Shown in pieces: positions 25,847 to 27,086 of a DNA stretch of 27,086 bases. The stretch is from Gammaproteobacteria bacterium (GTDB lineage: Bacteria > Pseudomonadota > Gammaproteobacteria > Pseudomonadales > UBA6940). A program made the position numbers and the translations under genes. The stretch spans positions 1 through 27,086 of the forward strand of contig JAYPYM010000019.1 in NCBI GenBank assembly GCA_038135915.1, given 5' to 3'. The notes under the pieces are model-generated. The model ran no database searches. It saw only the letters and a list, made by a program, of their open reading frames with translations, and was not told the origin of the DNA. How positions within the stretch are numbered: position 1 is the first letter of the stretch; each line of letters begins with the position of its first letter.

Positions 25847-27086
25847 TTCGTCTGGCCAATATCTTAAGTCGACTGATAACGGATTGAATATCAATTAGGC
25901 TATTAGAATTATGGCCCGCGAGCTCTAATGTGCTGCGATACAAGCGAATGGCTTCTTGCGTTTCGTTCAAATGATCTAATGCAATAGCTAAATTATAAGT
26001 GTACTCAATCTTGTTTGGCTGTTTGTACCATGCAATTGAAAAAGATTTTTTTGCAGCCGGCCATTGGTTATTGGCAGCTTCCATGGAACCTTTCATGAAG
26101 TGCAAATGCGTAGCGTTTGGGTGTGTGCTAATGAGCTTGTTTACTCTGGTCATGAGATCAGGAGAAGGGTTCCCTAGGGAAGAAATTGATATGATACCGG
26201 AAAGAGCGTACTCATCTGAGGGGTCTATGGCTAATCGGTTATGGTACAACTCTAAAGCATAAGCATATTCTTGCTCAGCCATTGCTACTGCTGCATTACC
26301 TAGTAATACGTCTCGATTATCAGGTGCTAGTCTCAGTGCCTCTTGGTATTTCTCTTTAGCTATTAGAATATGGCCAATCTGAAAGTTTTTGTAGGCTGCC
26401 CCGATGAGAGCGTCTAATTTTTTTAACTCGTTTTTGGGTTGATTTACCTTGATTTTTTTCCTTGGCACGGGGTTTTTAGTTTTAGCTAATGTTTTAGCTG
26501 GGAGAGGCTTGATTTTATTCTTTGTTTCCTGAATGATGGGTTTTTTCTTTGCAACGATAGGTTTTTCTTTAACTGGTTTTACCACACTAATTTCAGGCGT
26601 TGGCTCCTCTTTTGGATCTACTTGAGCAAGTAACCCTATGGTCTCTATTTTTTCAATTTCCTCTATTTTATCGATATCTAGACTTTTTTGACTTTCTGAT
26701 TCAACTAGGTCAGTTGGGAAAAGTAATTCTTCAATCGGTTCTTGGTCGTTGGCTGTTTGAGGAAAGTTTTCCTCTTGTTCATAATGTGTAGTAGTATCTT
26801 CCTGTGCTAGCATAGGAGTTAAGGGTTGATATTGATTCGGCAAGTATATTCCATAGTAGTAAGATCCGATAGCTACTAGGGTACCTAAGGAAAAGATAGT
26901 TAAATAGGCCGTTGCGATTAGGAATCTCTCTTTCGTTTTTGATTTTTTTGTTTCATTTTTTAACTCTTCTAGTAATGCTGATTTCTCACCCGGTGATTCC
27001 GTAGGCTTTTCACGGTTAGTTTTTTCCGAATAGGATTCGATATCATCTTCTTCAAATTCTGAAGATTCAGTGGGTTCATGATGGTT
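25839..27086 (-). CDS. TPR-repeat protein (MshN-like position) with an N-terminal TM segment; partial, N-terminus runs off the window end.
   Basis: TPR-like repeats ('YQEALRLAPDNRDVLLGNAAVAMAEQEYAYALELYHNRLAIDPSDE'). The frame stays open beyond 26843 to the window end, through a hydrophobic 'FLIATAYLTIFSLGTLVAIGSYYYGIY' segment. The stop lies 8 nt inside the GspE start. Confidence 0.7.
   Translation of the reverse strand, partial: NHHEPTESSEFEEDDIESYSEKTNREKPTESPGEKSALLEELKNETKKSKTKERFLIATAYLTIFSLGTLVAIGSYYYGIYLPNQYQPLTPMLAQEDTTTHYEQEENFPQTANDQEPIEELLFPTDLVESESQKSLDIDKIEEIEKIETIGLLAQVDPKEEPTPEISVVKPVKEKPIVAKKKPIIQETKNKIKPLPAKTLAKTKNPVPRKKIKVNQPKNELKKLDALIGAAYKNFQIGHILIAKEKYQEALRLAPDNRDVLLGNAAVAMAEQEYAYALELYHNRLAIDPSDEYALSGIISISSLGNPSPDLMTRVNKLISTHPNATHLHFMKGSMEAANNQWPAAKKSFSIAWYKQPNKIEYTYNLAIALDHLNETQEAIRLYRSTLELAGHNSNSLIDIQSVISRLKILARRND

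Noticed and set aside
25847-25894. Longer N-terminus for the pilus ATPase (start at 25894, MIFNPLSVDL...).
   Set aside because: It would overlap the upstream TPR gene by 56 nt and displace the MshEN motif from the N-terminus. The ATG at 25846 gives an 8-nt overlap and a canonical domain position. The longer start remains possible.
17523-27086. Assigning individual genes to MshB/A/C/D/O/P/Q, MshF and so on.
   Set aside because: Gene order and sizes do not match the canonical MSHA locus, and the PilM/N/O-like genes sit after the platform gene. Only domain-level calls are justified without profile searches.

Overview
Genes in this 27 kb window run almost end to end. The sequence is AT-rich and looks gammaproteobacterial (Alteromonadales-like); that is my impression and I did not compute it. 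All calls below come from reading the ORF translations and the DNA by eye, with no database searches.

Layout from left to right:
- 1-3675: conserved housekeeping genes. These are a CorC/HlyC-type CBS transporter (truncated at the window edge), exodeoxyribonuclease VII large subunit XseA, and an SdhE/CptB-like and YgfX/CptA-like pair.
- 3676-9239: an AT-rich stretch with long AT-rich spacers and no obvious operons, which looks accessory. It carries small orphan genes: a hypothetical with an N/S-rich tail, a GST, a possible FtsJ-like methyltransferase, secreted DUF4124-like and DUF1223 proteins, and a zinc-ribbon membrane protein divergent from another small membrane protein.
- 9240-17312: the most striking feature. 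It is a tightly packed minus-strand operon encoding an NfeD-like YqiJ membrane protein, a YqiK-type flotillin (SPFH domain with a repeat-rich C-terminal coiled coil), and a 1789-aa giant protein. The giant protein starts 2 nt after the flotillin stop and carries one MoxR/AAA_5-like AAA+ ATPase module near residue 1300. The rest is a beta-rich N-terminal region and long coiled-coil regions. Classical yqiJK operons are two genes, so this giant third gene is the best candidate here for an undescribed membrane-microdomain remodelling or surveillance system.
- 17523-27086: a minus-strand type IV pilus cluster resembling the Vibrio MSHA pilus. It runs TPR protein (truncated at the window edge), GspE-family ATPase, GspF-family platform protein, a GspL/PilMN-like bitopic protein, a PilO/GspM-like protein, a periplasmic protein, and three prepilin-like proteins. 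The ATPase carries a clear N-terminal MshEN cyclic-di-GMP-binding motif. The gene order does not match canonical MSHA.

I found no rRNA, tRNA, CRISPR array or recognisable transposase.
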